Below are positions 26,242 to 40,531 of a stretch of 64,000 bases of DNA, piece by piece (the stretch's first letter is position 1; each line of letters begins with the position of its first letter). This DNA comes from Octopus vulgaris (Eukaryota). The notes under the pieces were generated by a model. That model searched no databases, was not told where the DNA came from, and saw nothing but the letters and a program-made list of their open reading frames with translations. The position numbers and the translations under genes were made by a program. The DNA lies in contig OX597822.1 of assembly GCA_951406725.2 (NCBI GenBank), positions 52,576,001 to 52,640,000 of the forward strand, written 5' to 3'.

Positions 26242-27697
26242 AAAAGTTGAAAGAGAAAGAGTGAGATTGCTACATACATGATCACTCTCCTTATACACAT
26301 AAAGAAAACACAACACATAAACCAAGAGAGAGAGAGAGAGAGAGATGCATTTGTTGCAATTGGGGTCATGTAATATATTTTACTGTTTTTCTTCTCCCAC
26401 TCCCTATCCTTTCCTCCTCTTTCTCTCTCTTTTCTCTCCCTTCCTCCTTCTTTCTTGCTCTCTATTTCAGGGTTTTTTCTGTTCACAACACCAAAATTTA
26501 AATTCACAATCTGGACTGCTTTGTCAAAAATATACAAAAAATCCATTGAGAGAAAATTTTTCTTGTCTCTATTTCATCAATATCTCAGCAGCTATCATAT
26601 ACATAAAGAGAATTTTAGTAGTCAAGTAGTTTAGTAGTTGTGATAACAAGTTAGATGTCAACTAGAATGAAAACAAAATTTCCACAGTACCAAGGTTCTG
26701 GAAGGCACAGAATTGAAACAGTGATACCAAATAGACAGGGCCAAAACAGCTGAGCCAAAATAATCCATACCCAGGTGCAAAAGGGTCAGCTGGTGATTAA
26801 ACAGATGAGATCACACTGACTATCTCATTCTAGATATACTGTGTCTGAAAACAAAATCTTCAATGAACAAAATTAAAGGAATTATGATGAAATGCCTTTG
26901 ACCAAAGATCTGCCCATGTAGGATTAACCTGGGGCTAAAGAATATCGTTTCTTATAGTTTAATTTTTTTTTTCCTTATAATTGTGGAACTGTTTAGCTTT
27001 GTTGTCTTTTTGATTATTGTTGTACACATTTTATTGTTTTTTTTTTCTTATTGTCATTTAGTGTCAAGTTTATTGAAGCAAATGCAGAAAATATCGGTTC
27101 TATATTTTTGATAGATATTTAACATCATTAAAAGAATAACCATGAAAGTTAATTTCACAGTTAAAGGGTTAAAGTATGCCATGATTTTTTAAAACGTTCT
27201 TTAGGGCACAGGAGTAGTAAGAAGCTTCCTTCCCAACCACATAGTTCCGGATTCAGTCCCACTGCATCGTACCTTGGGCAAGTGTCTTCTATCATAGCCT
27301 CAGGCCAACCGAAGCTTGTGAGTGGATTTGGTAGATGGAAACTGAAAGAAGCCCATCATATATATATGTATGTGTGTATGTATGTATGTATTTGTGTTTC
27401 TGTGTTTGTTCTCCCACCATCGCTTGACAACCAGTGTTGGTGTGTTTACATCCCTGTGACTTAGTAGTTCAGCAAAAGAGACCGATAGAATAAGTACTAC
27501 TAGGCTTACAAAGAATAAGTCCTGGAGTCGATTTGTTTGACTAAAGGCGGTGCTCCAATATGACCACAGTCAAATGACTGAAACAAGTCAAGGAATAAAA
27601 GAATAGTAATTACTGGTATAGAATTTGCCCCATCTTTGACTCAGTTTACCTATCACTTGTTATCTTCTGTGTTACATTCTATTTAATCAACCCACAG

Positions 27698-27870
27698 GTA
27701 TTGTGTTTGAACAACAACAGGGTGGAGTGTATTCTATCTCCTTCACCCAAATTCAATCCAAATAAAAATAAACAAAAGACTGACTATACTGAAGATACAT
27801 ATGGAAACCTCTCGTGTAGTTCTGAAGAAGAATGTACGTTTCTGAAGAAATTAGAAATTTTACATCTTGG
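27698..27870 (+). CDS. LRRC9: LRRC9 exon 10
   Basis: VLCLNNNRVECIL...KLEILHLG; GTGAGC donor, phase 2. Confidence 0.92.
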
Positions 27871-29120
27871 GTGAGCCTTCTTTGATAATTTATCACTCTT
27901 TCTCACTCTCTCTCATGCACACGTATATCATCATGAACATCATTCTAACATTCACTTTTCCATGCTTACATGTGATGGGCAAAATTTCTTGAAGTTGATT
28001 TCCTACAGCTGGATACCCCTCCTGTTGCCAACCTTCACCTGTTTTCAAGCAAGGTGATATTTCCTCTCGGCCAGACATGATTTTCAAGGAAGATTGGAAA
28101 GGAACAACAGCAAAAGTATGATGGTGATACTCATTAACAATCACCACATGATATTTGCCTTGAAAGTTACTTGAAAGTTATAAAATGGAACAGCCCTGCT
28201 TTACCAATGGATTGTGGCTAAACAAAAGCCAAAAATGAGTTTTAATAAATTAAGGATCATAAGGGAAAATAAAACTATGCAAAAAAATTATAATGACTGA
28301 AGAATTAATTTCTTACGTTTTTTTTTTACACTTTATATTTACATGTTGGACAACAAGAGCATTTATAACAAGCATATTAGCCACTAGTTATTGTAATCAA
28401 TTCTGCTTTGCTAAATGTATATCACAGATTTTTCATGGTTATTTATGTGCTATGAGTCTGTACAACCAGTGATAATTTAATGTAATCTAATTGCTGGGAA
28501 TCGATCTTCTGATTGGTTCTGGGACATGGTTGTTGCTTATTTGAATTAAAACCGTGAATTACACTGTGTAACAATTTATTTTTCTTTGGTCAGTAAGTGT
28601 TATTTCCTCTTTGTTTCTAACTAGAAATCAAAGGAACTGACTTTGCTTTTGTAACTTGAACATCAATATTTTGAAACTGACCTATTTTCCATTACATTTT
28701 AGACAGTCAGTGATGAGATGCTGAAGTAGAAATATCATTATCACAAATATTCTGTTCAATACCATAGACTTGCTTGTCAGTTGCTTGACTTTAACCACTT
28801 GAGCATGTCCCTTACTGGCTGACAATATGTGCATCTCTGATCATGAGCAGGAGTAGTGTGGGAGCACCATAGCCATATGTTGAGAGGGATTCTTTGGAGT
28901 TTGAATAAATGTAACAAAAGCAAAGTTTGAAGGAAATAGTCATTTCTCATACATTTTAGGGATATGTAAATAGGAAATAAAGGTTGTAACCCAAGGACAA
29001 GAATCGTGTTAAACCATGTTATGAATCTACACAACCAGATTTTGTCTCTTTTACATCTAAGCACTGAACAAGCTGACTCATTGGTTAACTGTGAATAAAT
29101 ATGTCGCTTTCATATTTTAG

Positions 29121-29928
29121 GGATCTTTTCCTTTTGAATGGCATATGTCAACACAATTTCTAGTTAACTAAACACTTTTAAACGTCGTATACTGGTAGAA
29201 TGTGTTTATAAAACATCATTTTTTCTTGGCTTTATTGAGAAAATTCTATAGTTTGTAACATATTTCCACTTTAAAATCCAGCATTTCGGCAATTTTAACC
29301 AATTGCTCACCTCCATTTAGGGTGAAAACATTCCATGCTGTATGAATATGTCCTTCAGAAACAGATTGGGTTTATTTACATTTGCGAAGAAAAAAAGGTA
29401 CCCTTCCCCCACCCCTAACCCTAACCCTAACCCTACCCCTAACCCTAACCAACCCTAACCCTAAAACAGATTGAAATGCAATAGATCGATACTAGGGTTA
29501 TAATTATGGGTGACAATTTCATACGACACCACTACGGAAAATGGGATTTTTTCTAGCGGTGTCAAATGAAAATGTCACCTATAATTATAACCCTAGTATC
29601 GATTTATTGCATTTCAATCTGTTTTAGGGTTAGGGGTGGGGGAAGGGTATCTTTTTTTTCTTCACAGATGTAAATAAACCCAATCTGTTTCTGGGGGACA
29701 TATTCATACAGCATGGAATGTTTTCACCCCAAATGGAGGTGAGCGATAGGTTAAAATTGCCAAAATGCTCGATTTTAAAGTGGAAATATGTTACAAACTA
29801 TAGCATTTTCTCAATAAAGCCAAGAAAAAATTATGTTTTATAAACATATTTTACCAGTATACGAAGTTTAAAAGTGTTTAGTTAACTAGAAATTGTGTTG
29901 AAAACTGCCGTTCAAAAGGAAAAGATCC
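29121..29928. mobile_element. Palindromic dimer of the Merlin-like MITE
   Basis: Two inverted halves of about 400 bp, centre about 29545; TSD TATTTTAG; (CCCTAA)n at 29413-29464. Confidence 0.88.
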
Positions 29929-30341
29929 TATTTTAGCAGTGTCCATTGTTGTTAGCTTTCTCAAGCCAATTCCAGATAGTTGAGATCAACACAGTTGATG
30001 TTCAGCTTGAATTTCATTTCAGCAGGTTGCTGCCCAGAAGGAAAACATGTACAGTAATATGTGTTGGTGTGCAGTAGCTTTGGAGGCAAGGGATAAAATT
30101 TTAGTGGTGTAAGGTTTTGTGAAACAGTAAGCATGTTAAGAGCACCAGAGGAGGGCAAATAAACTTGGGCGTAGGTCATCTTAGAAAGGTCTAGATGATG
30201 GATAAGGTTTATCCAGTGCAAATTATGATATCTTTGAAAACCAATAGAAGTCAATTACAATATGATTCATTCAAACATAAATCTTGAGTAATGTGGCAGT
30301 GCTTACCTAAACCAATTACTTTACTTACTATTTCATCACAG

Positions 30342-30415
30342 GTACAATGAGATAAAAAGTTTAGTCCAGCTGCAGCTATTCCGTCTACCATCTCTCCGAG
30401 CACTTTTCTTACAAG
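30342..30415 (+). CDS. LRRC9: LRRC9 exon 11
   Basis: YNEIKSLVQLQLFRLPSLRALFLQ; phases consistent with neighbours. Confidence 0.93.
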
Positions 30416-30888
30416 GTCAGTCTTACACTTTTCAGGTTTCTCATTTCAAGTGAAAATGCATAAATGTATGAAAATGTATAGATGTATGTGTACATTTGTG
30501 TGGTGGGGAGTGGTGTGTATGAGAGAGAGAGAGATGGACAGAGTGAGGGAGGGAGATTACATGTATGTGTATGTATGAATGTATGGGAGAGTATGTGTGT
30601 GTAAACATGAGAGGGAGAGAGAGAGAGAAAATGTATGTATGTGTGTGTGTGTGTTTGTGTGCATGCATGTGTGTGCATTTTGATTGACCTGTGGATAAAT
30701 ATCGACTATTGTGGAATGACACACAATGTCATGGTTAAGTAAACAGCTCCCCTCTACTTTGCAGCTAATTGGCTATTGCTAAAAATAATTTGTTAATTAC
30801 TGAGTCTCTTAAATCCATAATATACAACCATTTTGAAAATTCCTGTTTTTCTTTTTTTTTGGTATTCTTACACAAAAACGAAACACAG

Positions 30889-31106
30889 GTAACGAGATAA
30901 CAAAAGTCGATGGCATTGAACAGTTAACGAACCTCTCTGAGTTAATTCTGGATGCTAACAAAATTCGAACATTGAGTCCACAGTCCTTCTCTGGTCAACT
31001 GAATCTTCTGGAGCTGCACTTGGAAGAAAATCGCCTGATCAGTTTGGCTGCATTGGGCCAACTGACCAAGTTGCAACGTCTCTATGTCGGCAGTAATAAG
31101 ATACAG
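30889..31106 (+). CDS. LRRC9: LRRC9 exon 12
   Basis: GNEITKVDGIEQL...LHLEENRL...LYVGSNKIQ; GTAACT donor. Confidence 0.94.
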
Positions 31107-33799
31107 GTAACTAGTAGTCTTTTTCTTCTCCTCCTCCTTCTCTTTCCTTCCCACCTCGGATAATTTTTTTATACATTTAATTATCATCATTGTCTTAATG
31201 TCCGTTTTCCATGCTGGCATAAGTTGGATGGTTTGAGAGGAGCTGGTCAGCTGGTGGGGTGGGTCCAGACTCCACTTGTCTGTGGTTTCTACAGCTGGAT
31301 GCCCTTCCTAATGCCAACCACTTTACAAAGTATACTCGTTGCTTTTTATGTGTCATGGGCACAAATGTATTTATGCAGCACCTGTACAAATGCATTTTAT
31401 GCGGCATCAGCACCTTTATATGGATGATAGTGATTTTACTTAGCTTGTTGTGTATTCCCAAGTACAGCAAATTGCCACAACTCCTGATCTCTTAATATTT
31501 CCTCAGTGGAATCCAGTGTCAGAGGATCCTTTCCCACCACTTCATCCTAAACCTTTCTGGGTCTATCCCTTCCACAGGTTCCCTGTACCATTAGAGCTCA
31601 GCACTTCTTTATGCAGCTGTCCTCATCCATATGCATCACATGACCAAACCAGCACAGTCTTATCCCTTGCACACAACATCTGATGCCTCTTATACCTAGT
31701 TTTCTTCTTAAATTATTTACACTCTGTCATATGTACACACTGACATTACCCATCCAGCAGAGCATGCTGGCTTCATTTCTTCCAAGCCGTCACAAGTCCT
31801 CTGTAGTCAAAGCCCATGTTTCACTGTCATGTAGCATAGCTGTATGTACACAGGCATCATACAATCTACCTTTCACTTTAAGAGAGATGCTCTTTGTTAC
31901 TGACAAAGGTAGAAGCTCTCTGAACTTTGCTCAGCCTGTTCTTATTCTAGCAGCTAAAATTTCCAGAACTTCTTCCACTGCTAACTTGGTCACCTAGGTA
32001 ACAGAAGCTATTTTCTAATAATCTCCCCAACCATTTGAGGGAGTCTATTACCTGTACATTTTTAGTGCTTCTTATGCCTTCACATTTGCCACACACAAAG
32101 ACTATTTTCTCCATTAACCTTCCTGTGATACCACTGCACTTCTTATATGTCCAAAGTTTGCACTGGGTACAACATAGAGTTTCTACCAACACCCTTCTTA
32201 CAAATCAAACAGGGCCATCTAACTAAAGTGACTTGACTTGTGATTTGTCTGCTTTCCTACATGGACTTTATTAGCTGATTACACAACCACGGACACCACC
32301 CCTATGGTTGCATTACAATTACTCTCTTGAGAGAGCTTGGTGATTCTGACTATTGATCTTCAGGAATTCCTCCACTCAGCATCAATGTAAGAAGCCATCA
32401 CTGTTGGCTCAGTTGAACTCTTCTGCAACCCCTTCACAATCTACCATGCTGTGGTTCCATGACTTTGCCTGGTAAGGTGACTGAAAAGATGTTATTCATT
32501 GCCAAAAGCAACTTGTAACTATGCAGAGCACAGTCCTCACTCTGTGAGGTATTTTTTCAAAATACCTGCATACCATAAAAAAAAAATCTCCCTTACATGT
32601 AAGAAATGGAAATGGGGAAAAAGCATCCAACTGTAAAATCTGACTTCAACTAAATACCTATTCAACCCATGCTAGCATAGAAAAACGAACATTAAATGAA
32701 TAGGTGTGACTGTGTAGTAAGAAGCTTGCTTCTCAACCACATGGTTCTGGGTTCTAGGCAAATGTCTTCTACTCTAGCCTCTGGCCAACCAAAGTTTTGT
32801 GGGTGGATTTAGCAGACAGAAAGAAGCCCATCTCAGTCTTGTACCTCCCTCGCCCAATCAACAACTGAAATTTCTGACTGTGTCAGAGAAATTCTGAGGC
32901 AGTTTAATGTCTAATGTTTCTCTCTTCTACACCATCCTGTAAATTATATAGGTTAGACAAATACAAATTAGATTAAATTAATTCTCTTATGTTTCATGTT
33001 AGAGTAGTACTGTAAGGTTTTTCATATGCTTCTATGTTTATATGATAATATATAGCTTGAAACATTAATCTATAATTTTATGTGGTTTAGGGTATATTAA
33101 TAATAATTATCGTAAATGCCCTAAATCTTAATGTAAGTTATAAACAGTATCCATCTTGCAAAAACGTTATGCCTACCCCAATTCCCACCGTTTACTTATA
33201 AATGTACATGACTTTGAGTGCATGTGGCTGTCAGCTTACCATATAAGTGTCTCTATGTACTTATATGAAACTCATTATGTATATATGTTAGTCTGTGTGT
33301 ACGTGTTTATGAGTATATATGCATATGATTATGGGTATATATGCATATATTTACATCTATGTGTACCTCTGTGTGAACTACATTTTCATATGTGTGCATG
33401 TATATGTGGGTATATAGCTGTATTTATGTCTATATCTTAGTTCATGTGGACTGCATGTTCATAGGTGTGTGTGTGGGTATATGGATATGTGTATATATGT
33501 ATGGATGTATGGGTGTGTGAGTTTGTATATATGAATAGGTGAGATTCATAACATATTGTGTAGTGTTCGTATATGTAGACATTATCATCATCTTTGTCAT
33601 TTAACGTCCACTTTCCATGCTAGCATGGGTTGGATGGTTTGACTGAGGGCTGGCAAGCCAGGAGGCTGCATCAGGCTCCAATCTGATCTGGCAAAGTTTC
33701 TACAGCTGGATGCCCTTCCTAATACCAACCACTCCGAGAGTGTAGTGGATGCTTTTTACATGTCACTGGCACAAGGGCCAGTCAGGCGATGCTGCTATT

Positions 33800-34550
33800 T
33801 GGTTAAGTTTACATTCGTTAGCACTTTTAGATCAAGGATCCTTCATCAGACATTCTATGTTTTTTATGGTCGTTTCTGCTGGCATTGGTCAAAGGCTCTG
33901 GAAGCAGTGTATGAATCTCAAGCCATCAAGTCCATTCCGGCAGTTAAGGCTGGTTGCCATCTTTTTAATGAAATGTACCTCCTTTAGTTGCAGGTTCACT
34001 GCATCCATTCCCCTTGCCAGTATACGGGTGGAGAAATGTATTCATCCTGCATGGAGTGCTTTGCATTCCAGTTTATCCAGGGTAAGGGTTGCTAGGATAC
34101 CACTGACTCTGGACCCAATCGGGAGGCTGCTGCATTGCTGGTATGTGGTGTTCTTTAACCAGAAATATATGTTGGCAATGCAGAATTCAAACATGGATCC
34201 GAGGCAGTCCATCGCCAGCTTCTGGCCACACACTAGCCACTCTTGGATTGTTTGTATGTTGATGAGTTGCCAGCGCATTTCAGGTCTGATTTTAAGGGTC
34301 ATTCATAACATTATAGAAACACACAAAAGCCGTTTGATTCACTTCAACATTTAAGTTTAATTTGTCAAAATATTTTTGTCGCTTTAAGACCGCGACCTGT
34401 TCACTGACAAAAATCTGTAAATGTTGAAGTGAATCGAACGGCTTTTGTGTGTTTCTTAAATGGCTTACAAACACCTTCCACGCTGCAATTGTTTTCGTTT
34501 CAGCACACAATCTCAGATCAAATCACTTGCTATGCAAGTAAATCTCCATA
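33800..34550 (-). mobile_element. Penelope-like RT fragment with adjacent inverted repeat
   Basis: NIYF..KNTTYQQ..LPIGSRVSGILATLTLDKLE (PLE RT motif); inverted duplication 34315-34350 / 34419-34456. Confidence 0.65.
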
Positions 34551-35788
34551 ACATTATAGTTATTGTGTAATTGTGTAATTGTGTTTCAGAAGTGATATCT
34601 TGGAAATGGTTTCATTTCCTAACTGAGACCAACCATTCATTCAACAATGCTTCTGAGAAAAGCATAAGTAACACAACTTGCAATTTCTCCTCCTCTAAAA
34701 TATCTTAGCCTTTCAGCATTTAAACTGGCTGTATCCAGTCAAAATATTCCAACTGTTTTATACTCAAACTGGCCTCTCATGTCAATCCTAGAATATCAGT
34801 TACCTGATATTAACAGTTACCTCATCAAAATTTCAAAGCTACATGATAAAGTATGATTAATTCAAAACAATGTGAATAAATAAGCATTACTTTTGACAAT
34901 AATGTGACTACTAAAGGGATAAGCTTCATGTCTAAATAATTGAGAAAATATAAACATTATTATCATAATCCTTTTTATTAATCATTAATGCATTCACCAA
35001 AATATTTACCAGCATTTCTTCTGGCTCTTTATGTTCTGAGTTCAGATTCCGTCAACTGAGTTCATGGCTCGCAGGATGGCCTGCTGTGCTAGCCTTGGAT
35101 CATAGAGTGACCCGTTGTTCTTGAGGAGACTTATTGAGTCAAGTACGTCAACACTAACATCAAAATAAAAATCAAATGGAAATTGTGGTTAAGATACCCA
35201 TGCCGGTGGCACGTAAAAAGCACCATCCGAACGTGACTGATACCAGCACCGCCTGGCTGGCGTCCGTGTCGGTGACACGTAAAAAGCATCAACCGATCGT
35301 GGCCGTTTGCCAGCCTCCTCTGGCCTCTGTGCCGGTGGCACGTAAAGAGCACCCACTACACTCACGGAGTGGTTGGCGTTAGGAAGGGCATCCAGCTGTA
35401 GAAACACTGCCAGATCAGACTGGAGCCTGGCGCACCCGCCTGGCTTCCAAGACCCCGGTCGAACTGTCCAACCCATGCTAGCATGGAAAACGGACGTTAA
35501 ATGATGATGTTGACTTTATTTTTCATCCTCTCAAGGTAAATAAAATAAGTATCAGTCAAGAACTGTGATTGATGTAATCAACTGTCCCCTTCCTGCCAAA
35601 AAGGAAATTGCTGGCCTTGTGCCAAAATTAGATTGAAGTATTGTTATTACTGTTATGGAATAAAAACACCCTTACTTGAAAATCAGGTGAAGGTTAAGGA
35701 CAGGAAAGGTATGTGTGTGTAGGTATGTGTGTGTGTGTGTACGTACATGCACACTCATATATTTTGTTTCTTTCCTTTTTATTTTCAG

Positions 35789-35857
35789 GAAGTTCAAGAA
35801 TTGGAACATCTGAAATCCTTAGAATCATTAACAGAAATCTCACTTGCTAATAACTCA
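35789..35857 (+). CDS. LRRC9: LRRC9 exon 13
   Basis: EVQELEHLKSLESLTEISLANNS; strong polypyrimidine acceptor, GTAAGT donor. Confidence 0.9.
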
Positions 35858-37795
35858 GTAAGTATTAGAAATTAAATGATGGTATAAATTTATATATGAC
35901 TTCCATATATACACACATCTATGTTTGTGCATGCATGCATACACATACTTACATATGTGATCAATTTATATGATTCATGCCTATGTTAGTCATATATATA
36001 TATGATTCACATATGTGACCTGTTTTTATGACTCATGTATATGATCAACTTATATGACAAACATATGACCATTATATCACCGTGATCACCGTGACCGACC
36101 AGGCCATCAGATATTGCTACACATCGCTGGTCACAATGCGCTTGGCATTGTTTTAGCCTTCAAATGACACCGCCCCGCTGGTTAAGCGTGCAGGCCAACA
36201 GAAGAAAGAGTGAGAGAAAGTTGTGGTGAAAGAGTACAACAGGGATCGCCACCACTCCCTGCCGGAGCCTCGTGGAGCTTTAGGTGTTTTCGCTCATTAA
36301 ACACTCACAACGTCCGGTCTGGGAATCGAAACCGTGATCCTACGACCACGAGTCCGCTGCCCTAACCATTGGGTCATTGCGCCTCCTCATGACCATTATA
36401 TATATACCTAATATATGTGATCAGCATATATGACTAACATGTACAACTAATTTATATGACTAACATGTATGCCTAACTTTAATTTATATGAATAACAAAT
36501 ATTGATATTAAAATAGACACAGTTCCACAGCTAGAACTTTATTTTTTTCAACCCTCAAAATTACGAATAACAAAGTTGGCTTCAGTGAGATTTGAACTCA
36601 AAAACCCAAGAGGATTTAACAAAATACTACTCTATGTAGCTAAATATCTACTGCTCTACCAATTCTGCCAATCTCCAACAAATATAATAAATATGCTAAT
36701 TGGACAACATATATAAGCTACAAGCTAATGGGACAGCAGTTATGTTTTCAGTTTACCTGCTAGAAATAGTAACCAAATCTGCCTCATTTAACACTATCTT
36801 TAAAAGGAAGTACATGTTGCATAATGTAGTACATGATATGCTTTGCTTGAAATAAAGAACTGAGAGAATGGTCACAGCCAGAATGCCTTTGATCATATGT
36901 CTACTAGAATGTCTACATCACCACCACCATCATCATCACCATCTAACATCCATATTCCGAGCTGGTAGGGATTGGACAGTTTGACTAGAACTGGTGGGCC
37001 ACAGGTCTGCACCAAGCTCTACTGTCTGCTTTGGCATGGTTTCTTTAGCTGGATGCCCTTCCTAATGTCAACCACTTTGAGTCAACCACTCAGAGTGTGC
37101 TGAGTGCGCTGAGTGTTTTCTACACAGGAGACCGCCTGTGCCCAGTCCTGGAAATGAAGGTGAGGAGTTGGCTCTGGACTTGTGTTCCTTAGCACATTTT
37201 CTTTGTGCCCCTGCAATCCTGTTCTGTTCATAGGAGGTGACACACCTCTAATGGTGCAGCTTTGCCAGGCAGGGTGGTCTTACACTTGCATTTCCCAAGT
37301 GTCAGGGTTGATCTCAAAGCTTTTCAGTGAGGCCTTGAGTGTTGTCCTTGAAGTGTTTTTTCTGCTCACCTTGCATACATTTGCCTTCTGCTAGTTCACT
37401 GTAAAACAATCTCTTGGGGAGTCATGTGTCAGGCATTTGAACAAGGTGGCCTCCCCACCTGACTTGCACTCTCTTTAGCAATATGTAAATGTTTGGCACT
37501 TAACCACTACAACAACACTGTAGACACAAACTCACAACTGCAGCTCTGCTACTACCTCACTTATATAGATACAACAACAATAATTACTACACTTATCACC
37601 AAGCTACTACAACTACTAGGGACACTACCACACTACCACAATAACTTCTATTATGACCACCAAACTATTACAACAACCATTACAGCCATTGTCACATTAC
37701 CACTACTATCTCGCTATGACAACTACTTCTTCTACTACCACTCAACTACAACCAATACTATTCCACTCCAGCTACCACTCTGCTACAATAACTAC

Positions 37796-38182
37796 TGTAG
37801 CAATAATGTTTTCTTCATTGCGATCTTCACTGTTTGAGAAAAATATTAAGAATGATCTCGTTTGAGATTACAAACATCTTTGGCTAGTTTAACTTTGTCG
37901 TGTCCACTGATCTGATTGGTTAGCATCTAAGCGCGGTCTGTCTCTCTACTTATTTTGTGCCAGTGTGTAAACTAACCAATCACGGCTTTCAGATAGGACC
38001 TTTCATTTGAGCCATCTTAACTCTTTAAATAGGCTGATCATCTCACGATTCACTGTCTTTCGGCTTAAGACCTCTTAAGGTCTTGGTCGGAGACCACACA
38101 GAGCATACTCAACCATATTCTAACAAGTGGAATATTTTTCTCAAACAGTGAAGATAGCAATGAAGAAAGCAATATTGCTACA
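37796..38182. mobile_element. TGT..ACA MITE with 4 bp TSD (Ginger-like)
   Basis: TIRs of about 52 bp; CTAC directly flanks both ends. Confidence 0.7.
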
Positions 38183-38513
38183 CTACTATAACAACCACGA
38201 GAGCCACTACATCACAACAGTAACCACTACCATACTATTACTGTAATTACTCGGTCAATATGTAGCCAGAGAGAATCCACACAGGGTCTATTAATGACCA
38301 TCACAGTTGGTTGAAGATTGAGTTAATCAAACTTGAAAGATTTAATTCTTATAAAAAACCAGCAAAACAAAACCAGTTTTTCTTTAATGGTTCATGTCAT
38401 TTTCTGTTTGTCTGTATTTTGACATTAGTTCAAATTGATCTCGTTTCAAATTTGAAACAAATCATAAATATGTAGCATAAATAGTAAGCTATCACCTATA
38501 TCTATATTTTTAG

Positions 38514-38645
38514 ATCTCTAAGAAGCCACAAATGCGACATATTTTGATTAACCAATCCCCAATGCTGACTGCCATCAACGGAAACGTCATTACCGAAGAA
38601 GATCGCATCAAAGCTGATGCATATTTCATGGAACGAATTGGGCAG
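38514..38645 (+). CDS. LRRC9: LRRC9 exon 14
   Basis: ISKKPQMRHILINQSPMLTAINGNVITEEDRIKADAYF (human [30 protein letters not shown] as recalled). Confidence 0.92.
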
Positions 38646-38795
38646 GTATTTATAACTGTGGTAATCAATGAAATAAGAAGGCATCATCGTCATCGTCGTC
38701 ATCATCATCATCATCATCATCATCAATGGCAGCAGCATTTAACATTCTTCTTCCATGTTGGCATGGGTTGGATGGTTTGACAAAATCCCAAATCC

Positions 38796-39220
38796 GGATC
38801 TTTTCGGTTTGAATGGCAGTTTTTAACATAATTTTTAGGTAACTAAAAAATTTAAAACTTCGTATACTGGTAGAATGTGTTTATAAAACATCTTTTTGTC
38901 TTTGCTTTATTGAGAAAATTCTATAGTTTGTAAGATATTTGTTTTTTTTCTTCAATTTCTGCAATTTCAACCAATCAGTGATGTCTATTGAGTTAAAAAG
39001 CATTCTGTGCCATATGAATATGTCCCTCGTTTAAGAAACAGATTGGGTTTATTTACATTTGTGAAGAAAAAAAAGATACCTTTCCCCCACCCCTAACCCT
39101 AACTAACCCTAACCCTAAAAGAGATTGAAATGCAATAGATCGATTCTAGGGTCATAATTATGGGTGACAATTTCATATGACACCGCTAGAAAAAAACTGC
39201 CTTTCAAACCGAAAAGATCC
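38796..39220. mobile_element. Merlin-like MITE, same family as 25828
   Basis: TIR GGATCTTTTCGGTTTGAA; TSD CCAAATCC; CCCTAA repeats inside. Confidence 0.88.
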
Positions 39221-40116
39221 CCAAATCCTACTCCAATGTCTACTTTGTCACAGTTTGCATTGGGTGCTGTTTTTGTGCCACCAGCATTAGTAAGGTTGTC
39301 ATGCCGATTTGCATAATTACGAGTCCCTAGAAAGAGCATCTCTATGCTTGGAGATGAGGGGGTTAAAGTATGAGTAGGGACCAGAACAGAACAAGTTTCT
39401 TGTTGTAGAGGGGCTGTATGGCTTCTAACGTTTTTGAAGAGATAAAAATAGTGGTGACGTGGAGTCTGTGTGAACCCTTAAGATACAAGATCAGTAGAAG
39501 TGGACAGGCACTGAAGAGCTAGAGGTGCAGGGTGGGTGAAGGTTGCAAGAGTGTATAAGGGTGTGGCAACGAATATAAGAACAAGTGTTGCATGGATGAT
39601 AAGTAAGAGAAGTAGGGAAGAATAGGTGACAACAGCAGAGATTGAATAGGGTTGAAGAGCGTGGATGTAGTGAATAGTAGATAAGGGGTGTCTGGGGCTG
39701 ACCAGTGATGATAAGGGTGAAAAGTAACTGAATAGTAATGCTGATACAGCTGACAGGGGCAGGATGAGAGATGATGATGATGATATGTGGTTGAATAGGT
39801 TGTAAACATAGGCGCGGCTAGAGAGCGGCAGATGTGGTGTATAAGGAAAGTGAGAGATGCATGGTGGTGCACCAGGAGCATCACTATACAAGGCAGTGAA
39901 AGAATAGAAAAATCAAAGGAAATGCGTGGTATCTTGGACAAGTTCTTTCTACCATGATCTCGGATTGAATCCCCTAGATTTGAGGGCAAAATTAGGGAAA
40001 CGGAAGCTGCCAAAGGATTACATGAAGGATACGTATGCCTATGGAATACTCAGCCACTTTACCCTACAATTCAATGTGTTGACAATTCAGCCAATTAAAC
40101 AGGTGGAATATTTCAG

Positions 40117-40283
40117 TTTTATATTTAAGAGATGAGGAATTATGTACATTATTTACAATTGATGGATATTTGTCCTCATCTTGTTTGTTGTTAACACAAC
40201 GTTTATGCCCACGGGCATATGGCATAGTGGTTAAGAGCACAGGCTACTAACCCCAAGATTCCGAGTTCGATTCTAGGAGGTGA

Positions 40284-40315
<32 letters not shown>

Positions 40316-40493
40316 GTAATTAATAATAATTAATGGAGTGGCTGTGTGGTAAGTAGCTTGTCTACTAACCACATGGTTCCGGGTTCAGTCCCACTGTGTG
40401 GCACCTTGGGCAAGTGTCTTCTACTATAGCCTCGGGCCGACCAAAGCCTTGTGAGTGGATTTGGTAGACGGAAACTGAAAGAAGCCCGTCGTA

Positions 40494-40531
<38 letters not shown>

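Noticed and set aside
29413-29464. (CCCTAA)n as a chromosome end or fusion scar
   Set aside because: Short and internal to a TSD-bounded MITE.
33749-34354. 201 aa plus-strand ORF
   Set aside because: Starts in a SINE and runs antisense to a Penelope RT remnant; no coding signature.
40213-40286. tRNA gene
   Set aside because: Acceptor and T stems do not pair well and the sequence continues into a repeat body; it is a retroelement head.
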